Shown: piece by piece, positions 9,530 through 21,536 of the stretch
Layout of the letters: every line of letters starts with the position of its first letter
Numbering within the stretch: position 1 is the first letter of the stretch
Source: a candidate division WOR-3 bacterium 4484_18
Lineage (GTDB): Bacteria > Hydrothermota > UBA3073 > NMUJ01
DNA: 49,349 nucleotides
Assembly: GCA_002256535.1 (NCBI GenBank)
Contig: NMUJ01000003.1
Location: 1-49,349, forward strand
Direction: 5' to 3'
The notes under the pieces: generated by a model
What the model was told of the DNA's origin: nothing
Seen by the model: only the letters and a program-made list of their open reading frames with translations
The model's database searches: none
Program-made: the position numbers and the translations under genes

Positions 9530-10186
9530 ATGGTAGGACTAATAGGTAAAAAGATGGGGATGTTGCAACTTTTTCACGAAACCGGTGAAATAGTCCCTGT
9601 AACCATTATAGAGGCGGGTCCGTGCCCCGTCATCGATATACGCACAAAGGAGAAACATGGCTATCGTGCAGTAGTTTTGGGATTCGGTATTAAAAGGTCA
9701 CCCAACAAGCCATACGCTGGTATCTTTCAAAGAATAAATAGGATACGACCGGATGCACCAGATATTCCACCTACGCAGGTACTACGTGAGATACGTGACT
9801 TCAATGGCGACGTAAAGATAGGCGATCTTATAGATGTCTCCATTTTCAAACCCGGTATGAAAGTCGATGTCACCGGATATACAAAAGGACGTGGTTTTGC
9901 CGGTGTTATGAAACGCTATGGGTTTGCAGGTGGCCCTGATTCACATGGTTCGAAATTCCATCGTCGACTGGGTTCGATAGGCACCAGCAAGACACCCGGC
10001 CGTATACTCAAAGGTAAAAAGATGCCTGGCAGGTATGGATGTGACAAACAAACAGTGTTGGGATTAGAAGTTGTAAAAGTTGACAAAGAACGTAATCTGC
10101 TATTTGTGAAGGGTTCAGTACCTGGGCCACGTGGTGGTTACCTCATAATACGTAGCCATAAAGGTGGTGAAGGAGATGGAGGTTAA
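9530..10186 (+). CDS. rplC: 50S ribosomal protein L3
   Basis: [15 protein letters not shown]...[19 protein letters not shown]; position in the S10 operon. Confidence 0.95.
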   Translation: MVGLIGKKMGMLQLFHETGEIVPVTIIEAGPCPVIDIRTKEKHGYRAVVLGFGIKRSPNKPYAGIFQRINRIRPDAPDIPPTQVLREIRDFNGDVKIGDLIDVSIFKPGMKVDVTGYTKGRGFAGVMKRYGFAGGPDSHGSKFHRRLGSIGTSKTPGRILKGKKMPGRYGCDKQTVLGLEVVKVDKERNLLFVKGSVPGPRGGYLIIRSHKGGEGDGG

Positions 10187-10841
10187 AGTTTACTCAACAA
10201 CCGGCGATATCGTAGGTAAAACTGAGCTACCTGATGAGATATTTCGTCACCCTATACGACATGTTACAGTTGCTGAAGCTATGAGGATGTACGAGATGAA
10301 TCAACACCAGTTTACCGCATACAAAAAGACCCGTAGTGAAGTAAGTGGTAGTGGTAGAAAACCATGGCCCCAAAAGCATACAGGGAGAGCACGTCAGGGT
10401 AGTATCAGAGCGCCCCACTGGCGTGGTGGTGGTGTAGTTTTTGGCCCCAAACCTCGCAATGTCCATTATAGGTTGCCACAAAAGAAGCTACGCATAGCAT
10501 TGTTATCGGTACTTTCACAGCGTGCAAGTGAAGGCCGGATAATGGTGATAGATGATATACCTATTACTTATCCAAAAACGAAGGAATTTGTGAAAATACT
10601 AAAGAATCTCGGTTGGAACGAAGAACACCCGGAACGCTACCTGTTTGTGGTAGATAAAATCGACGAGGCTGTATTTCGGTCGATGCGCAACCTACGTAAG
10701 GTGGACATGCGTGAGGCATATAAAATTAATGCTTTTGATGTGTTATTAGCTAAAAGGATTGTCTTCACACTTAAAGGGCTGGAAGCCTTCAAGGTTAGGT
10801 TGCTGGAGAAACGACCTGTAATGGTGGGGGCTGAAGAATGA
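10176..10841 (+). CDS. rplD: 50S ribosomal protein L4
   Basis: [33 protein letters not shown] at 10176 follows AGGAG; the ORF-track start at 10164 is a GTG. Confidence 0.93.
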   Translation: MEVKVYSTTGDIVGKTELPDEIFRHPIRHVTVAEAMRMYEMNQHQFTAYKKTRSEVSGSGRKPWPQKHTGRARQGSIRAPHWRGGGVVFGPKPRNVHYRLPQKKLRIALLSVLSQRASEGRIMVIDDIPITYPKTKEFVKILKNLGWNEEHPERYLFVVDKIDEAVFRSMRNLRKVDMREAYKINAFDVLLAKRIVFTLKGLEAFKVRLLEKRPVMVGAEE

Positions 10842-11140
10842 GGGACCCAAGAGATATAATTCTGGAACCGATACTTACGGAGAAGGCAGATTTCTTGCGT
10901 CGCAAGCATAATATGTATACTTTTAAAGTAGCGATGGATGCAACTAAACCTGAGATCAAACGTGCTGTGGAGCAACTTTTTGAGGTACATGTGAAACGTG
11001 TACGTACACAAATAGTCAAAGGTAAACCACGTCGAAGGTGGGGCAGAGTAATCGGTAGGAGGTCCAACTGGAAGAAGGCCATTTGTAAGCTACGCGAAGG
11101 TGAAACTATACCCATTTTCGAGATGGGTGGAGGTAAATAA
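10838..11140 (+). CDS. rplW: 50S ribosomal protein L23
   Basis: 100 aa, [10 protein letters not shown]...YTFKV; operon position. Confidence 0.93.
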   Translation: MRDPRDIILEPILTEKADFLRRKHNMYTFKVAMDATKPEIKRAVEQLFEVHVKRVRTQIVKGKPRRRWGRVIGRRSNWKKAICKLREGETIPIFEMGGGK

Positions 11141-11141
11141 G

Positions 11142-11987
11142 ATGGGAGTTAGAAAATTGAACCCCGTCACACCCGGGCAGCGGCAACATGTGGTGGACGA
11201 CTTTAGCGATATAACAAAAGGGCAACCTGAGAAAAGTCTCACAATAACACTCAAACGTACTGGTGGTAGGAATAATCAAGGTCGTATTACTGCACCTCAC
11301 AGAGGTGGCGGCACAAAACGCAAGTATAGGATTATAGACTTTAAGCGACACGATAAGATAGGAGTGAAAGCCAAAGTGCTAAGCATAGAATACGATCCAT
11401 ATCGATCAGCTCGTATCGCACTACTTGGATACGAGGATGGCGAACGTCGCTACATTGTAGCACCGATAGGTTTACAGGTAGGTAACGAAGTGATGGCCGG
11501 ACCGGATGCCCCTATAAGGGTGGGTAATGCATTACCGTTAGCTAACATACCCGAAGGTATAAAAATACATAATGTTGAGCTACAACCTGGTAAGGGGGGA
11601 CAGATCGTGCGAGCTGCAGGCTCGTCTGCTACCATACTTGCAAAGGAAGGTGATTATGCATTCGTTAAGTTACCATCGGGTGAGGTACGTAAAATACATC
11701 TCTCATGCTATGCTACAATAGGGCAGGTGAGCAATCCCGACCATGACTCCATTGTGCTGGGTAAAGCTGGTAAAATGCGATGGCTGGGTCGTCGCCCCCA
11801 TACACGTGGTGTAGTTATGAACCCCGTCGATCATCCGCTGGGTGGTGGCGAAGGTAGAGGTAAAGGCGACCGACCACCTGTTTCACGTACCGGAATGTTA
11901 GCGAAAGGTGGTAAGACACGTAACCCCAGAAAACCTTCAACTAAGTTTATAGTACAACCACGAACCAAGAAGAGGAAGGGTCGCTGA
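11142..11987 (+). CDS. rplB: 50S ribosomal protein L2
   Basis: [14 protein letters not shown]...[12 protein letters not shown]. True ATG at 11142; the ORF-track start at 11100 is an extension. Confidence 0.95.
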   Translation: MGVRKLNPVTPGQRQHVVDDFSDITKGQPEKSLTITLKRTGGRNNQGRITAPHRGGGTKRKYRIIDFKRHDKIGVKAKVLSIEYDPYRSARIALLGYEDGERRYIVAPIGLQVGNEVMAGPDAPIRVGNALPLANIPEGIKIHNVELQPGKGGQIVRAAGSSATILAKEGDYAFVKLPSGEVRKIHLSCYATIGQVSNPDHDSIVLGKAGKMRWLGRRPHTRGVVMNPVDHPLGGGEGRGKGDRPPVSRTGMLAKGGKTRNPRKPSTKFIVQPRTKKRKGR

Positions 11988-12280
11988 TGGGTAGATCGAG
12001 GAAAAAGGGTCCATACGTGGATATGAAGCTACTCCGCAAGATACGTGAACTCGATGTAACTAAGGAACGTAGGATAATAAACACCTATTCACGCGATTGC
12101 ACTATAATACCGGATTTTGTTGGCCACACAATCGGTGTACATAATGGGAAAACATTCGTTCCCGTGTATATAACCGAGGAGATGGTAGGTCACAAATTGG
12201 GTGAGTTTGCACCTACCACGATATTTCGTGGCCACGGTGGTAAAAAAGCCAAACGTGCTATGCGCAAGAAGAAAGGATGA
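11987..12280 (+). CDS. rpsS: 30S ribosomal protein S19
   Basis: [32 protein letters not shown]. Confidence 0.95.
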   Translation: MGRSRKKGPYVDMKLLRKIRELDVTKERRIINTYSRDCTIIPDFVGHTIGVHNGKTFVPVYITEEMVGHKLGEFAPTTIFRGHGGKKAKRAMRKKKG

Positions 12281-12651
12281 TGGAAAAACTATCAGTGGTG
12301 GAAGGTATTGCTAAGCAGCGCTACCTGAGGGTATCGCCACGTAAGCTGCATAAGTTGGCGAAACAATTTGTAGGTAAGAGGGTTGATGAAGCTTTATCGA
12401 TGTTGGAACATTTTCCAGGTAAGCGTACCACAATCCTGTACAAGGCCATTAAATCGGCTGCAGCTAATGCACGTCAGAAGGTGGCGCCCGATCCTTTGCC
12501 AGATGAAGAACTTTATATACATCAGTTGAAGGTAGATCGTGCGCTTATACTCAAGCGGTGGGAGTTTCGTGCACGTGGTCGTGCAGATATTAGGAGGACA
12601 CGTTGGAGCCATTTAACCGTTAAAGTGAGTAACGAGGAGCCGGAGACATAA
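12277..12651 (+). CDS. rplV: 50S ribosomal protein L22
   Basis: [29 protein letters not shown]; operon position. Confidence 0.93.
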   Translation: MMEKLSVVEGIAKQRYLRVSPRKLHKLAKQFVGKRVDEALSMLEHFPGKRTTILYKAIKSAAANARQKVAPDPLPDEELYIHQLKVDRALILKRWEFRARGRADIRRTRWSHLTVKVSNEEPET

Positions 12652-13304
12652 TGGGTAGAAAAGTGCATCCATTTGGATTTAGGCTCGGTTTTAATAAAGT
12701 TTGGAGATCACGTGGGTTGGTTAAAAACTTACCCGAACTTATAATAACGGACTATAATATACGACGTTATATTAGGGAGAGGTTTGCCGAAGCCGATATA
12801 GCGGATATCGAGGTAGAGCATGTTGGTGATTGGATAAGAGTATTTATAAAGACTGCACGTCCCGCCATAATTATAGGTAGGGGCGGTAGAGAGATAAACA
12901 AGTTACGCCAAGAGTTAGAACTTATGACCTCCAAGAAGATAGAGATAGAGATCATCGAGGTGGAAAATCCTGCACTTGAGGCATCACTTGTCGCCCAGAG
13001 GATCTCAAGGCAGTTGGAACAACGTGTTTCACACCGACGTGCAATGAAACGTGCCATCATGGATGGTATGCGGGCAGGTGCTAACGGTATAAAGATTAGA
13101 TGTAGTGGTAGATTGATGGGAGCTGAAATAGCACGCAGTGAATGGTACCTTCAGGGTCGTATGCCACTTAATACATTACGTGCAGATATAGACTACGCCC
13201 AAGAGACAGCTATCACACGTGCCGGTACGATAGGTGTTAAGGTATGGATTTACAAAGGAGATAAACCCAAGATGAAAGCTGAGGTAAAAAATGTTACAAC
13301 CTAG
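12651..13304 (+). CDS. rpsC: 30S ribosomal protein S3
   Basis: [13 protein letters not shown]...KH domain IIGRGGREI...[13 protein letters not shown]. Confidence 0.95.
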   Translation: MGRKVHPFGFRLGFNKVWRSRGLVKNLPELIITDYNIRRYIRERFAEADIADIEVEHVGDWIRVFIKTARPAIIIGRGGREINKLRQELELMTSKKIEIEIIEVENPALEASLVAQRISRQLEQRVSHRRAMKRAIMDGMRAGANGIKIRCSGRLMGAEIARSEWYLQGRMPLNTLRADIDYAQETAITRAGTIGVKVWIYKGDKPKMKAEVKNVTT

Positions 13305-13704
13305 GCGTTGGAAATACCGTAAACAACAACGTGGTAGGTTAAAAGGTAGGTCAAAGGGAGCTACTATGCTTGCTTTTGGTGACTATGGGTTACAGGCACT
13401 CGAATCTGCATGGATTACTGCACAACAGATAGAGGCAGCTCGTGTCGCCATAGGACGTGCTGTAAAGAAGGGCGGTAAATTGTGGATCAGAATATTTCCT
13501 GATAAACCTATAACAAAGAAACCCGCCGAAACTCGCATGGGTAAAGGTAAGGGCGATGTAGCAGGTTATGTGGCGGTGGTTAAACCTGGTCGCATAATGT
13601 TCGAACTGGCGGGTGTTAAGGGATCGCTTGCGTACGAGGCGTTGAGGCTTGCTGGCCATAAGTTACCTATTAAAACAAGAATAGTGACAAGGGAGATGCT
13701 ATGA
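13291..13704 (+). CDS. rplP: 50S ribosomal protein L16
   Basis: [19 protein letters not shown]...ETRMGKGKG. Confidence 0.95.
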   Translation: MLQPRRWKYRKQQRGRLKGRSKGATMLAFGDYGLQALESAWITAQQIEAARVAIGRAVKKGGKLWIRIFPDKPITKKPAETRMGKGKGDVAGYVAVVKPGRIMFELAGVKGSLAYEALRLAGHKLPIKTRIVTREML

Positions 13705-13895
13705 GAGCGGCTGAACTACGTCAAATGACAACCGAGGAGCTGTTGAACCATCTTAACAACCTCAAAGAAGAGCTATTCATGTTAAGGATGCGAAAGCGAT
13801 TTGAACAGCTTTCCAACCCCTTACGGATAAGGGTGCTGAGAAGAGAGATAGCACGTGCATTGACAGTACTGCGTGAGAGAGGGATTAAACTATGA
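13701..13895 (+). CDS. rpmC: 50S ribosomal protein L29
   Basis: 64 aa, [26 protein letters not shown]. Confidence 0.92.
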   Translation: MRAAELRQMTTEELLNHLNNLKEELFMLRMRKRFEQLSNPLRIRVLRREIARALTVLRERGIKL

Positions 13896-14194
13896 AGAAA
13901 AGGTTTGAAGGTCGTGTAGTAAGTGATAAGATGCAAAATACAGTAGTTGTACAAATTGAACGCCATGTGACACATCCACTTTACAAAAAGTACATAACGA
14001 AACGTAAAAAGTTGACCTGCCATGATCCCAAGGAGATAGCGCATGAAGGCGATTGGGTACTGATAGAGGAGTGCCGTCCTATTAGCAAAACGAAACATTT
14101 CCGAGTAGTGAAGGTATTACGACGTGCAGGTGAAGAAGTACCCGAACCTGAAGGGGTAACCGAAATTAGTGAAGAAATATCGAAGAAGCAATGA
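13892..14194 (+). CDS. rpsQ: 30S ribosomal protein S17
   Basis: [28 protein letters not shown]. Confidence 0.93.
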   Translation: MKKRFEGRVVSDKMQNTVVVQIERHVTHPLYKKYITKRKKLTCHDPKEIAHEGDWVLIEECRPISKTKHFRVVKVLRRAGEEVPEPEGVTEISEEISKKQ

Positions 14195-14559
14195 TCCAGG
14201 AACAGACGCGCCTTATAGTGACAGACAATACTGGTGCAAAGGAAGCAATGTGTATAAAGGTGTTAGGAGGTACACGTAGAAAATATGCACATGTGGGCGA
14301 TGTCATAGTGGTTGTTATAAAGGAAGCTACACCACGTTCGGAGATGAAGGAAGGTACAATAAAAAGGGCAGTAGTCGTGCGTACCAGAAAGGAGTATAGG
14401 CGTAAGGACGGTAGCTACATTAGGTTTGATGATAACGCATGCGTATTGATAAACAAGGAAGGCGACCCCGTGGGTACACGTATATTTGGCCCTGTAGCTA
14501 GGGAACTCCGTGAAAGGAAGTTTATGCGGATTGTTTCATTAGCAAGTGAGGTTGTATAA
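14191..14559 (+). CDS. rplN: 50S ribosomal protein L14
   Basis: [18 protein letters not shown]...; 122 aa. Confidence 0.95.
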   Translation: MIQEQTRLIVTDNTGAKEAMCIKVLGGTRRKYAHVGDVIVVVIKEATPRSEMKEGTIKRAVVVRTRKEYRRKDGSYIRFDDNACVLINKEGDPVGTRIFGPVARELRERKFMRIVSLASEVV

Positions 14560-14873
14560 TGCGCAAGATAAAGAAAGGCGATATCGTCGAGGTGCTCACT
14601 GGTAAAGATAAGGGCAGACAAGGGAAGGTGCTTAAAGTGTTCCCAGAGGCTTCACACATAATAGTCGAGGGGGTAAACTTCCAGAAGAAACACTATCGTG
14701 CACGTAGAGCAGGTGAACAGTCTCAGATTATAACACGTGAGGGCCCGATTCATATTTCGAATGTGAAATTGGTTTGCCCCAAATGTGGTCAACCCACCAA
14801 AGTAGGCTTTAGGATAGTAGGAGAGCGCAAATTAAGGTATTGCAAAAAATGTCAGGAGCTATTAGATGAGTAA
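14559..14873 (+). CDS. rplX: 50S ribosomal protein L24
   Basis: [23 protein letters not shown] (KOW motif). Confidence 0.93.
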   Translation: MRKIKKGDIVEVLTGKDKGRQGKVLKVFPEASHIIVEGVNFQKKHYRARRAGEQSQIITREGPIHISNVKLVCPKCGQPTKVGFRIVGERKLRYCKKCQELLDE

Positions 14874-15450
14874 AGAAGTTAAGGAAGAAGTTGGACAAGA
14901 AAAATACGTACCGAGGTTGAAGAAACTCTATATGAAAAAGGTGCGTCCGGAACTTATGAAACGCATGGGATACAAAAATATCTGGCAAGTACCGAGGCTT
15001 GCTAAGATCGTCATAAACAGTGCAGTAGGGGAGGCAGTTCGTGATCCTACATACATAACGGAAGCTGAACAGACACTTGCTAAAATTACCGGTCAAAAAC
15101 CCATAATTGTAAAAGCAAACCGCAATGTATCAGCATTTGGCTTAAGGAAAGGCAAGCCTATCGCAGCAAAGGTTACACTACGGGATGACCGCATGTATGA
15201 GTTTCTCGATCGCTTTATAACGTTTGCAGTACCTCGGATACGTGATTTTAGGGGGTTTGATCCAGATTCATTTGATGGACGTGGTAATTACTCCTTAGGT
15301 ATAAGTGAGCAACTTATTTTTCCAGAAATAAAATATGATGAAGTCAAACATGTTATAGGTATGGACATAACGATAGTGACAACAGCTGAAACTGACGATG
15401 AGGCACGTGCATTACTTGAGAGTTTGGGCTTCCCATTTAGAAGGAGGTAA
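14866..15450 (+). CDS. rplE: 50S ribosomal protein L5
   Basis: [15 protein letters not shown]...[20 protein letters not shown]. Confidence 0.95.
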   Translation: MSKEVKEEVGQEKYVPRLKKLYMKKVRPELMKRMGYKNIWQVPRLAKIVINSAVGEAVRDPTYITEAEQTLAKITGQKPIIVKANRNVSAFGLRKGKPIAAKVTLRDDRMYEFLDRFITFAVPRIRDFRGFDPDSFDGRGNYSLGISEQLIFPEIKYDEVKHVIGMDITIVTTAETDDEARALLESLGFPFRRR

Positions 15451-15451
15451 T

Positions 15452-15637
15452 ATGGCAAAAAAGAGTTGGATGGTTAAACAGAAAAAGGAACCCAAATATT
15501 CGACCCGAAAATACAACCGATGTCCAGTTTGTGGACGTACACGTGCGTATCTGACCAAATTTGGAATATGTCGAATATGTTTTAAAAAGTTTACACTTGA
15601 AGGCTATATTCCTGGTGTCAAAAAGGCAAGTTGGTGA
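15452..15637 (+). CDS. rpsN: 30S ribosomal protein S14, short zinc-binding type (S14 type Z)
   Basis: 61 aa, [10 protein letters not shown]...[20 protein letters not shown] (CxxC...CxxC). ATG at 15452 follows GGAGG. Confidence 0.93.
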   Translation: MAKKSWMVKQKKEPKYSTRKYNRCPVCGRTRAYLTKFGICRICFKKFTLEGYIPGVKKASW

Positions 15638-16029
15638 TGAGCAACGTAACCGATCCCATTGCAGATATGTTGACCCGGATACGTAACGCATTGATGGCAG
15701 ATCATAAGGAGGTGTTAATACCGACATCAAAGGTGAAGCTCGGTATAGCTAATGTACTTAAGAGGGAAGGCTATATACAGGATTATGAAGTGATGCCTGA
15801 CAACAAACAAGGCAACATACGCATAATATTCAAACGCAACCCTAACCCACTTGTAGCACTTGTTCGTGTGAGCAAACCCGGCAGAAGGATATATGTCTCA
15901 GTTAAGAAGATACCACGTGTGAAGGGTGGTCTGGGTATATGCATATTGTCGACACCTATGGGTATACTATCGGATAATGAAGCACGTAATAAAAATGTTG
16001 GTGGTGAGTTACTGGCGATGGTCTGGTAG
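15637..16029 (+). CDS. rpsH: 30S ribosomal protein S8
   Basis: [18 protein letters not shown]. The ATG overlaps the rpsN stop (TGATG). Confidence 0.94.
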   Translation: MSNVTDPIADMLTRIRNALMADHKEVLIPTSKVKLGIANVLKREGYIQDYEVMPDNKQGNIRIIFKRNPNPLVALVRVSKPGRRIYVSVKKIPRVKGGLGICILSTPMGILSDNEARNKNVGGELLAMVW

Positions 16030-16037
16030 GAGGTGTG

Positions 16038-16610
16038 ATGTCAAAGATTGGCAAGAAACCCATTTTATTGCCTGAAAACGTAAGGGTTGAGATAAGTGAA
16101 AATGCCGTGGAAGTGGTGGGTCCAAAAGGTAAGCTTACACTTGAGTTTCCTAACTATCTACAGATTGTAAAAGAAGATGGTAAACTCCTCGTACGTGTTG
16201 TAGAAGATAAGAAGGCATATCGTAGGATGTGGGGCACTATACGTGCACATCTGAATAATATGGTGAAGGGCGTAACGGAAGGATTTACTAAAACCTTAAT
16301 TTTACGTGGACGTGGTTACCAGATGAGTAAAGAGGGTAACAGGCTTAAGATTATGGTAGGGTTTTCGCACCCTGTGTATGCGGATATACCGGATGATATA
16401 GAGGTGGAGTTACCAGATCCACAGAAACTCATTGTCAAAGGTATCGACAAACAAAAAGTAGGTAACTTTGCTGCTAAGATACGTGCTATAAAGCCAGCGA
16501 AGAAATTTCCCTATGTACCTAAGGGTATGACGATGCCGAAAGGTTTCTATTACGAAGGTGAACATGTACGTGTTAAAGCAGGTAAAAAAGGGCAGGTTGG
16601 TGGCAAATGA
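16038..16610 (+). CDS. rplF: 50S ribosomal protein L6
   Basis: [19 protein letters not shown]...; operon position. Confidence 0.94.
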   Translation: MSKIGKKPILLPENVRVEISENAVEVVGPKGKLTLEFPNYLQIVKEDGKLLVRVVEDKKAYRRMWGTIRAHLNNMVKGVTEGFTKTLILRGRGYQMSKEGNRLKIMVGFSHPVYADIPDDIEVELPDPQKLIVKGIDKQKVGNFAAKIRAIKPAKKFPYVPKGMTMPKGFYYEGEHVRVKAGKKGQVGGK

Positions 16611-16960
16611 AGCGCTTAGTCGGTAGGGAAAAACGTCACAAACGTATAAGACGCAAGGTAAGTGGTACCCCTGAACGTCCACGTCTATGTGTGTTCAGGA
16701 GTCTCAAACACATATATGTACAGATGATCGATGATACAATAGGACATACACTTGTAGCTGCTTCTACGTTAGAGATACCTAAGGAACAGCTGGCTGGCAA
16801 GACCAAAGTCGAACAAGCATATATGGTAGGTAAATTAATTGCCGAGAAAGCACTTAAGAAGGGTATAACAAAGGTGGTTTTCGATCGCGGCGGTTACAAA
16901 TATCATGGCAGGGTGAAGGCGCTTGCTGAAGGTGCAAGGGAAGGTGGCCTTCTATTTTGA
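16607..16960 (+). CDS. rplR: 50S ribosomal protein L18
   Basis: [28 protein letters not shown]...[24 protein letters not shown]. Confidence 0.95.
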   Translation: MKRLVGREKRHKRIRRKVSGTPERPRLCVFRSLKHIYVQMIDDTIGHTLVAASTLEIPKEQLAGKTKVEQAYMVGKLIAEKALKKGITKVVFDRGGYKYHGRVKALAEGAREGGLLF

Positions 16961-16971
16961 GGAGGTATGCA

Positions 16972-17472
16972 ATGAAGGAGAGCGAAATTTTGTCCCAGAT
17001 AGAAAAAGAGGGTGCATTGGAGGAGAGGGTGCTCGCTATCCGACGGGTGACAAAAGTTATAACAGGTGGTAAAAGGTTACATTTTTCAGTACTTTGTGCA
17101 GTAGGTGACAGGGCCGGTCGTGTAGGTGTGGCACTTGCCAAGGCTCCAGAAGTTGCTGATGGTATACAGAAATGTTTCAGACAGGCACGTAAAGATATGT
17201 TCAGTGTGAAAGTGGTTAATGATACGATTCCACATGAGGTGATGGTTAAATTTAAGGCAAGTAAAATGTTACTTAAACCAGCAGCCCCAGGTACGGGTGT
17301 GATAGCTTGTGACCCTATACGTGCGGTGCTGGAGCTTGCTGGCATTAAAAACATATTGACGAAATCTTTGGGCTCGAATAATGTAATAAACATGATACAA
17401 GCTACGGTAAAGGCACTCAAGGAGCTACGTACTTACGAAGAAGTGATGCGTGCACGAGATAAGATGAAATGA
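16972..17472 (+). CDS. rpsE: 30S ribosomal protein S5
   Basis: [23 protein letters not shown]...GTGVIA. ATG at 16972 follows GGAGG. Confidence 0.94.
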   Translation: MKESEILSQIEKEGALEERVLAIRRVTKVITGGKRLHFSVLCAVGDRAGRVGVALAKAPEVADGIQKCFRQARKDMFSVKVVNDTIPHEVMVKFKASKMLLKPAAPGTGVIACDPIRAVLELAGIKNILTKSLGSNNVINMIQATVKALKELRTYEEVMRARDKMK

Positions 17473-17666
17473 AAGCATTAAAAATAACGCAGATAAGGAG
17501 TGCTATAGGGAGGCCAAAGAGGCAGAAGCTTACCCTCTTAGCGTTGGGATTACGTAAGAGGGAAGCTACAGTCATACATCGTGATACACCACAGATCAGG
17601 GGTATGATCGAGAAGGTGAAACACCTTGTTAAGGTTGAAGAGATAGAACCACCGGAGGTAAAATGA
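17469..17666 (+). CDS. rpmD: 50S ribosomal protein L30
   Basis: 65 aa, [27 protein letters not shown]. Confidence 0.92.
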   Translation: MKALKITQIRSAIGRPKRQKLTLLALGLRKREATVIHRDTPQIRGMIEKVKHLVKVEEIEPPEVK

Positions 17667-18088
17667 TCGAACTGAACAACTTACCTAAATTGACCAAAAA
17701 GCGCAAAAGAGTAGGACGTGGCCCCGGTTGCCATGGTACCACCGCGGGACGTGGTACAAAGGGCCAAAAAGCACGTGGCCAGGTACACCCTGAGTTTGAA
17801 GGTGGCCAGATGCCACTTATTAGGAGGTTGCCGAAACGTGGGTTCAAAAACATAGGACGTGTAGAGTATGAAATTGTAAATATCAAGCAACTCAATATAT
17901 TTCCGGATGGTACACGGGTTACCCCCGAGAGACTGAAACAGGCAGGTTTATACAACGGTAGGTTACCTCTGAAGATATTAGGTGATGGCGAACTACTGCG
18001 ACAACTGACGGTTGTAGCGCATAAGTTTAGCAAAAAAGCGAAAGAAGAAATAGAAAAGATGGGTGGTCAGATAGAAATACTTGGGTGA
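17663..18088 (+). CDS. rplO: 50S ribosomal protein L15
   Basis: [27 protein letters not shown]. Confidence 0.94.
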   Translation: MIELNNLPKLTKKRKRVGRGPGCHGTTAGRGTKGQKARGQVHPEFEGGQMPLIRRLPKRGFKNIGRVEYEIVNIKQLNIFPDGTRVTPERLKQAGLYNGRLPLKILGDGELLRQLTVVAHKFSKKAKEEIEKMGGQIEILG

Positions 18089-19167
18089 TGTTTAGTAGAT
18101 TTCGTGACATATTTAAGATACCGGATTTGCGAAATAGGATACTTTTTACGCTTGCGTTACTGGCAGTTTATAGATTAGGTGGCCACATCCCATTACCGGG
18201 GGTGGATACCAAAGCGTTGTTAAGCTTCTTTGCCGGTGCGAGAGGTACAATACTTGGGTTGTACGACATCTTTGTAGGTGGTAACCTTGCTAATGGTACG
18301 ATATTTGGGCTTGGTATAATGCCGTATATCAGTGCATCCATTATATTACAGTTGTTGGGTGCAGCAGTACCTTACTTCCAGAAGTTGATGAGGGAAGGCG
18401 AAGAAGGTAGACGTAAAATCACACAATACACACGTTACCTTACAGTAGCTATAAGCACTTTGCAGGGGTTCGGGATAGCAGTGATGTTAGAGAACCTTCG
18501 TACCCCTGGTGGCGTAGTGGTAGTGAACCCCGGGCTTAGATTCAAATTCTTAACAGTGCTCACACTTGTTGCGGGTACAATATTTATAATGTGGTTGGGT
18601 GAGCTCATCACCGAACGTGGCATCGGAAACGGTATCTCACTCATAATAATGGTAGGAATTATTGCAAGGTTTCCAAACTATTTCATACGGATGTTACAGA
18701 TACCAGCAACGATGGCACGCTTCTTTTCTGCCAACCCTATTGCACAGGAGGTGGTCAACATATTTAATCCACAGAGTTGGATCTATAACCTATTTTACAC
18801 AGGGTTGATCGTTTTCTTCGCATATTTCTACACAGCTATAGTGATAAATCCGCAAGATTTAGCCGATAACCTAAAACGTTATGGCGGGTTCATACCCGGA
18901 GTACGACCGGGTGAGAAGACTGCTCAATATATAGACCATATTCTCACACGTATAACATTACCGGGTGCACTATTCTTCGCATTTGCAGCTATAGTACCAA
19001 CCTACATAACAACTAAACTTAATGTACCGTTCTACTTCGGGGGTACCTCACTCATAATTGTGGTGGGTGTTGCACTCGATACTTTACGTCAGGTAGAGGC
19101 ACACCTTGTTATGCGTCACTATGAGGGTTTCTTACACAGGGGTAGGATAAGAGGTAGACGCGGATGA
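18088..19167 (+). CDS. secY: preprotein translocase subunit SecY, lacking ~70-80 internal residues
   Basis: GIMPYISASIILQLL, GEEGRRKITQYTRY, GNGISLIIMVGI and C-terminal HYEGFL are present. It is ~360 aa against the usual ~430-440. The TM6 to TM7 region is absent between ...FIRMLQ and IPATMARFF. Confidence 0.88.
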   Translation: MFSRFRDIFKIPDLRNRILFTLALLAVYRLGGHIPLPGVDTKALLSFFAGARGTILGLYDIFVGGNLANGTIFGLGIMPYISASIILQLLGAAVPYFQKLMREGEEGRRKITQYTRYLTVAISTLQGFGIAVMLENLRTPGGVVVVNPGLRFKFLTVLTLVAGTIFIMWLGELITERGIGNGISLIIMVGIIARFPNYFIRMLQIPATMARFFSANPIAQEVVNIFNPQSWIYNLFYTGLIVFFAYFYTAIVINPQDLADNLKRYGGFIPGVRPGEKTAQYIDHILTRITLPGALFFAFAAIVPTYITTKLNVPFYFGGTSLIIVVGVALDTLRQVEAHLVMRHYEGFLHRGRIRGRRG

Positions 19168-19808
19168 ACATCATTATCATCTTGGGGCCACCAGGTGTAG
19201 GCAAAGGTACACAGGCAGTAAGGTTGGTACAAATGGGTTGGATACATATTTCTACCGGCGATATACTACGTGAAAGCATAGAAAAAGGTGACACACTTGG
19301 CAATAAAGTAGCACAATACGTACATAGGGGTGAACTGGTCCCCAATCACCTAATTGTGGAGGTACTCAAGCAAAAACTACAGGAGGTCGATCGCAACTCT
19401 AACATCGTTTTGGATGGCTTTCCACGCAATGTTGAGCAAGCCAAGGCACTTGAAGGGTTGATTAAAGTGGATAAAGTATTATATTTAAAATGTAACGACG
19501 AGCAGATCATTAAAAGGTTAACTGCAAGACGAATATGCCCACAATGTGGTGAGGTTTACAATATTATAACTAAACCACCCAGTGATAATATGAGATGTGA
19601 TAAATGTGGGAGTTCACTTACACAGCGGGAAGATGATCGTGAGGATGTAATACGTAAACGGTTAGATGTATATTATCGTGAAACTGTACCGTTGGTTGAG
19701 TATTATCGAAGAAATGGGCTACTGGAAGAGATAGATGCAACTGGTACAATAGATGAAGTTTTTGCCCAAATTCGTGAAAAAATAGAAGAATGGGCAAAAA
19801 GAAAATGA
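19164..19808 (+). CDS. adk: adenylate kinase (zinc-lid type)
   Basis: [11 protein letters not shown]; lid CPQCGEVYN...CDKCGSSL. Confidence 0.94.
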   Translation: MNIIIILGPPGVGKGTQAVRLVQMGWIHISTGDILRESIEKGDTLGNKVAQYVHRGELVPNHLIVEVLKQKLQEVDRNSNIVLDGFPRNVEQAKALEGLIKVDKVLYLKCNDEQIIKRLTARRICPQCGEVYNIITKPPSDNMRCDKCGSSLTQREDDREDVIRKRLDVYYRETVPLVEYYRRNGLLEEIDATGTIDEVFAQIREKIEEWAKRK

Positions 19809-20005
19809 TACAAATGGAAGGTACAGTCAAAGAAGTGTTGAAGGGCGGGCTATTTCGTGTAGTACTCGATAATGGATTGGAAGTGCTTGCACATAGCTCC
19901 GGTAAAATGCGTATGCATTTTATTAGGATCGTGGAAGGTGACCGCGTACGGGTTGAACTTAGCCCTTATGATTTGACACGTGGACGTATTATATACAGAT
20001 TTTGA
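19790..20005 (+). CDS. infA: translation initiation factor IF-1
   Basis: 71 aa, [33 protein letters not shown]...[21 protein letters not shown]. Confidence 0.93.
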   Translation: MGKKKMIQMEGTVKEVLKGGLFRVVLDNGLEVLAHSSGKMRMHFIRIVEGDRVRVELSPYDLTRGRIIYRF

Positions 20006-20014
20006 GGAGGTAAA

Positions 20015-20131
20015 ATGAAAGTGAGAGCTTCCGTCAAAAAGCGTTGTAGGGATTGCAAGATCGTACGTAGGAAAGGCATCGTCCGAGTAATATGTAAAAA
20101 GAATCCAAAACATAACCAAAGGCAGGGCTGA
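20015..20131 (+). CDS. rpmJ: 50S ribosomal protein L36
   Basis: Not in the ORF track (38 aa): [43 protein letters not shown] lies upstream and the stop overlaps the rpsM ATG. Confidence 0.92.
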   Translation: MKVRASVKKRCRDCKIVRRKGIVRVICKKNPKHNQRQG

Positions 20132-20505
20132 TGGCACGTATAGCAGGACGTGATCTGCCACCAAACAAGAGGATAGAGGTTGCGCTCACTTATATCTACG
20201 GGATTGGATTGTCACGTTCACGTAAGATACTGGAAGCTACGGGGGTGGATCCTGACAAGAGGGTGAAGGATTTAACCGAAAAGGAGATAGAATTATTACG
20301 TAAGGAGATAGAAGGTAAATACAAAGTCGAAGGTACACTACGTGCAGAGATAAGGGATAACATTAAAAGACTGATAGCGATAAGGTGTTGGCGTGGCTTA
20401 AGGCATGAAGCTGGCTTACCGGTACGGGGGCAACGTACACGGACAAATGCACGTACCCGCAAGGGGCCACGAGGTGCACAAATAGGTAAACGTAAAAAGG
20501 GCTGA
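20131..20505 (+). CDS. rpsM: 30S ribosomal protein S13
   Basis: [26 protein letters not shown]. Confidence 0.95.
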   Translation: MARIAGRDLPPNKRIEVALTYIYGIGLSRSRKILEATGVDPDKRVKDLTEKEIELLRKEIEGKYKVEGTLRAEIRDNIKRLIAIRCWRGLRHEAGLPVRGQRTRTNARTRKGPRGAQIGKRKKG

Positions 20506-20515
20506 TAGGAGATAA

Positions 20516-20899
20516 ATGGCACGCCGTGGTGGACCCAAAAAGTTAAAAAAGGTACCAGTTGAAGGTATAGTGCATGTCCATACCACTTTTAACAACACGA
20601 TAGTAACGGTTACAGATAAGGAAGGTAACGTAATAACATGGGCAAGCGGTGGCACCATAGGGTATAAAGGGACAAAGAAGGGTACACCATTTGCAGCTGG
20701 ATTAGCAGCGCGTGACGTCGCACGTAAGGTATATGATGCAGGTATGCGACGTGTGGAAATATGGATAAAGGGACCGGGTCCTGGTCGAGAGACGGCAGTC
20801 CGTGCAATACATGGTGAAGGGCTTGAGGTTACTGCTATAAGGGATAAAACCCCTATACCACATAACGGGTGTAGACCACCCAAAAAACGGAGAGTGTGA
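20516..20899 (+). CDS. rpsK: 30S ribosomal protein S11
   Basis: [30 protein letters not shown]...[15 protein letters not shown]. Confidence 0.95.
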   Translation: MARRGGPKKLKKVPVEGIVHVHTTFNNTIVTVTDKEGNVITWASGGTIGYKGTKKGTPFAAGLAARDVARKVYDAGMRRVEIWIKGPGPGRETAVRAIHGEGLEVTAIRDKTPIPHNGCRPPKKRRV

Positions 20900-21525
20900 T
20901 GGCAAGATATACTGGACCAAAATGTCGTCTATGTAGGCGTGAGGGTGTCAAATTGTACCTTAAGGGTGACAAATGTTATAGTGAGAAGTGTCCACTTGAA
21001 CGCCGTAGACCCGGGCCGCCGGGTGAGCGTCCCAAGAAGATCATAAAGAAACCTACCGGTTATGCGTTACATTTGCGTGAGAAACAGAAAGTACGTCGCC
21101 ACTACATGGTGTCAGAGACACAGTTTAGACGCTACTTTGAGATGGCAGAAAGGATGGAGGGCGATACGGGTGAACTGCTCTTCCAGCTACTTGAGAGACG
21201 GCTTGACAATGTAGTGTATAGACTTAAATGGGCATATTCACGTGTAGCAGCACGGCAACTGGTAGCACATCGACACGTATTGGTTAATGGAAGAAGAGTT
21301 AGCATACCTTCGATACTTGTACGTGTGGGAGATAAGATCGAGTTACATCCCGATAGCAGAGATATACAGCCGGTGCAGTTGGGATTGAAACAGGATCGTG
21401 ATATACCAAGTTGGTTACAGCTCGACAGTGACCCGTTTACTGCAAAAGTGGTAGCATTACCTACGCTTGCAAACGTAGATATACCTGTCAATCCAGGTAT
21501 GATAATCGAATTCTATTCTAAATAA
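20899..21525 (+). CDS. rpsD: 30S ribosomal protein S4
   Basis: [26 protein letters not shown]; S4 RNA-binding domain. Confidence 0.95.
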   Translation: MARYTGPKCRLCRREGVKLYLKGDKCYSEKCPLERRRPGPPGERPKKIIKKPTGYALHLREKQKVRRHYMVSETQFRRYFEMAERMEGDTGELLFQLLERRLDNVVYRLKWAYSRVAARQLVAHRHVLVNGRRVSIPSILVRVGDKIELHPDSRDIQPVQLGLKQDRDIPSWLQLDSDPFTAKVVALPTLANVDIPVNPGMIIEFYSK

Positions 21526-21536
21526 TTGGGGGGTAC

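Noticed and set aside
16854-17420. Long antisense ORFs across the ribosomal protein and infB genes, for example 16854..17420, 20416..20883, 17629..18033, 10637..11011, 800..1300 and 1140..1607
   Set aside because: They lie fully antisense to strongly conserved genes, have low-complexity Ser/Thr/Pro/Leu-rich translations and lack an RBS. This is typical of the shadow frame of codon-biased genes.
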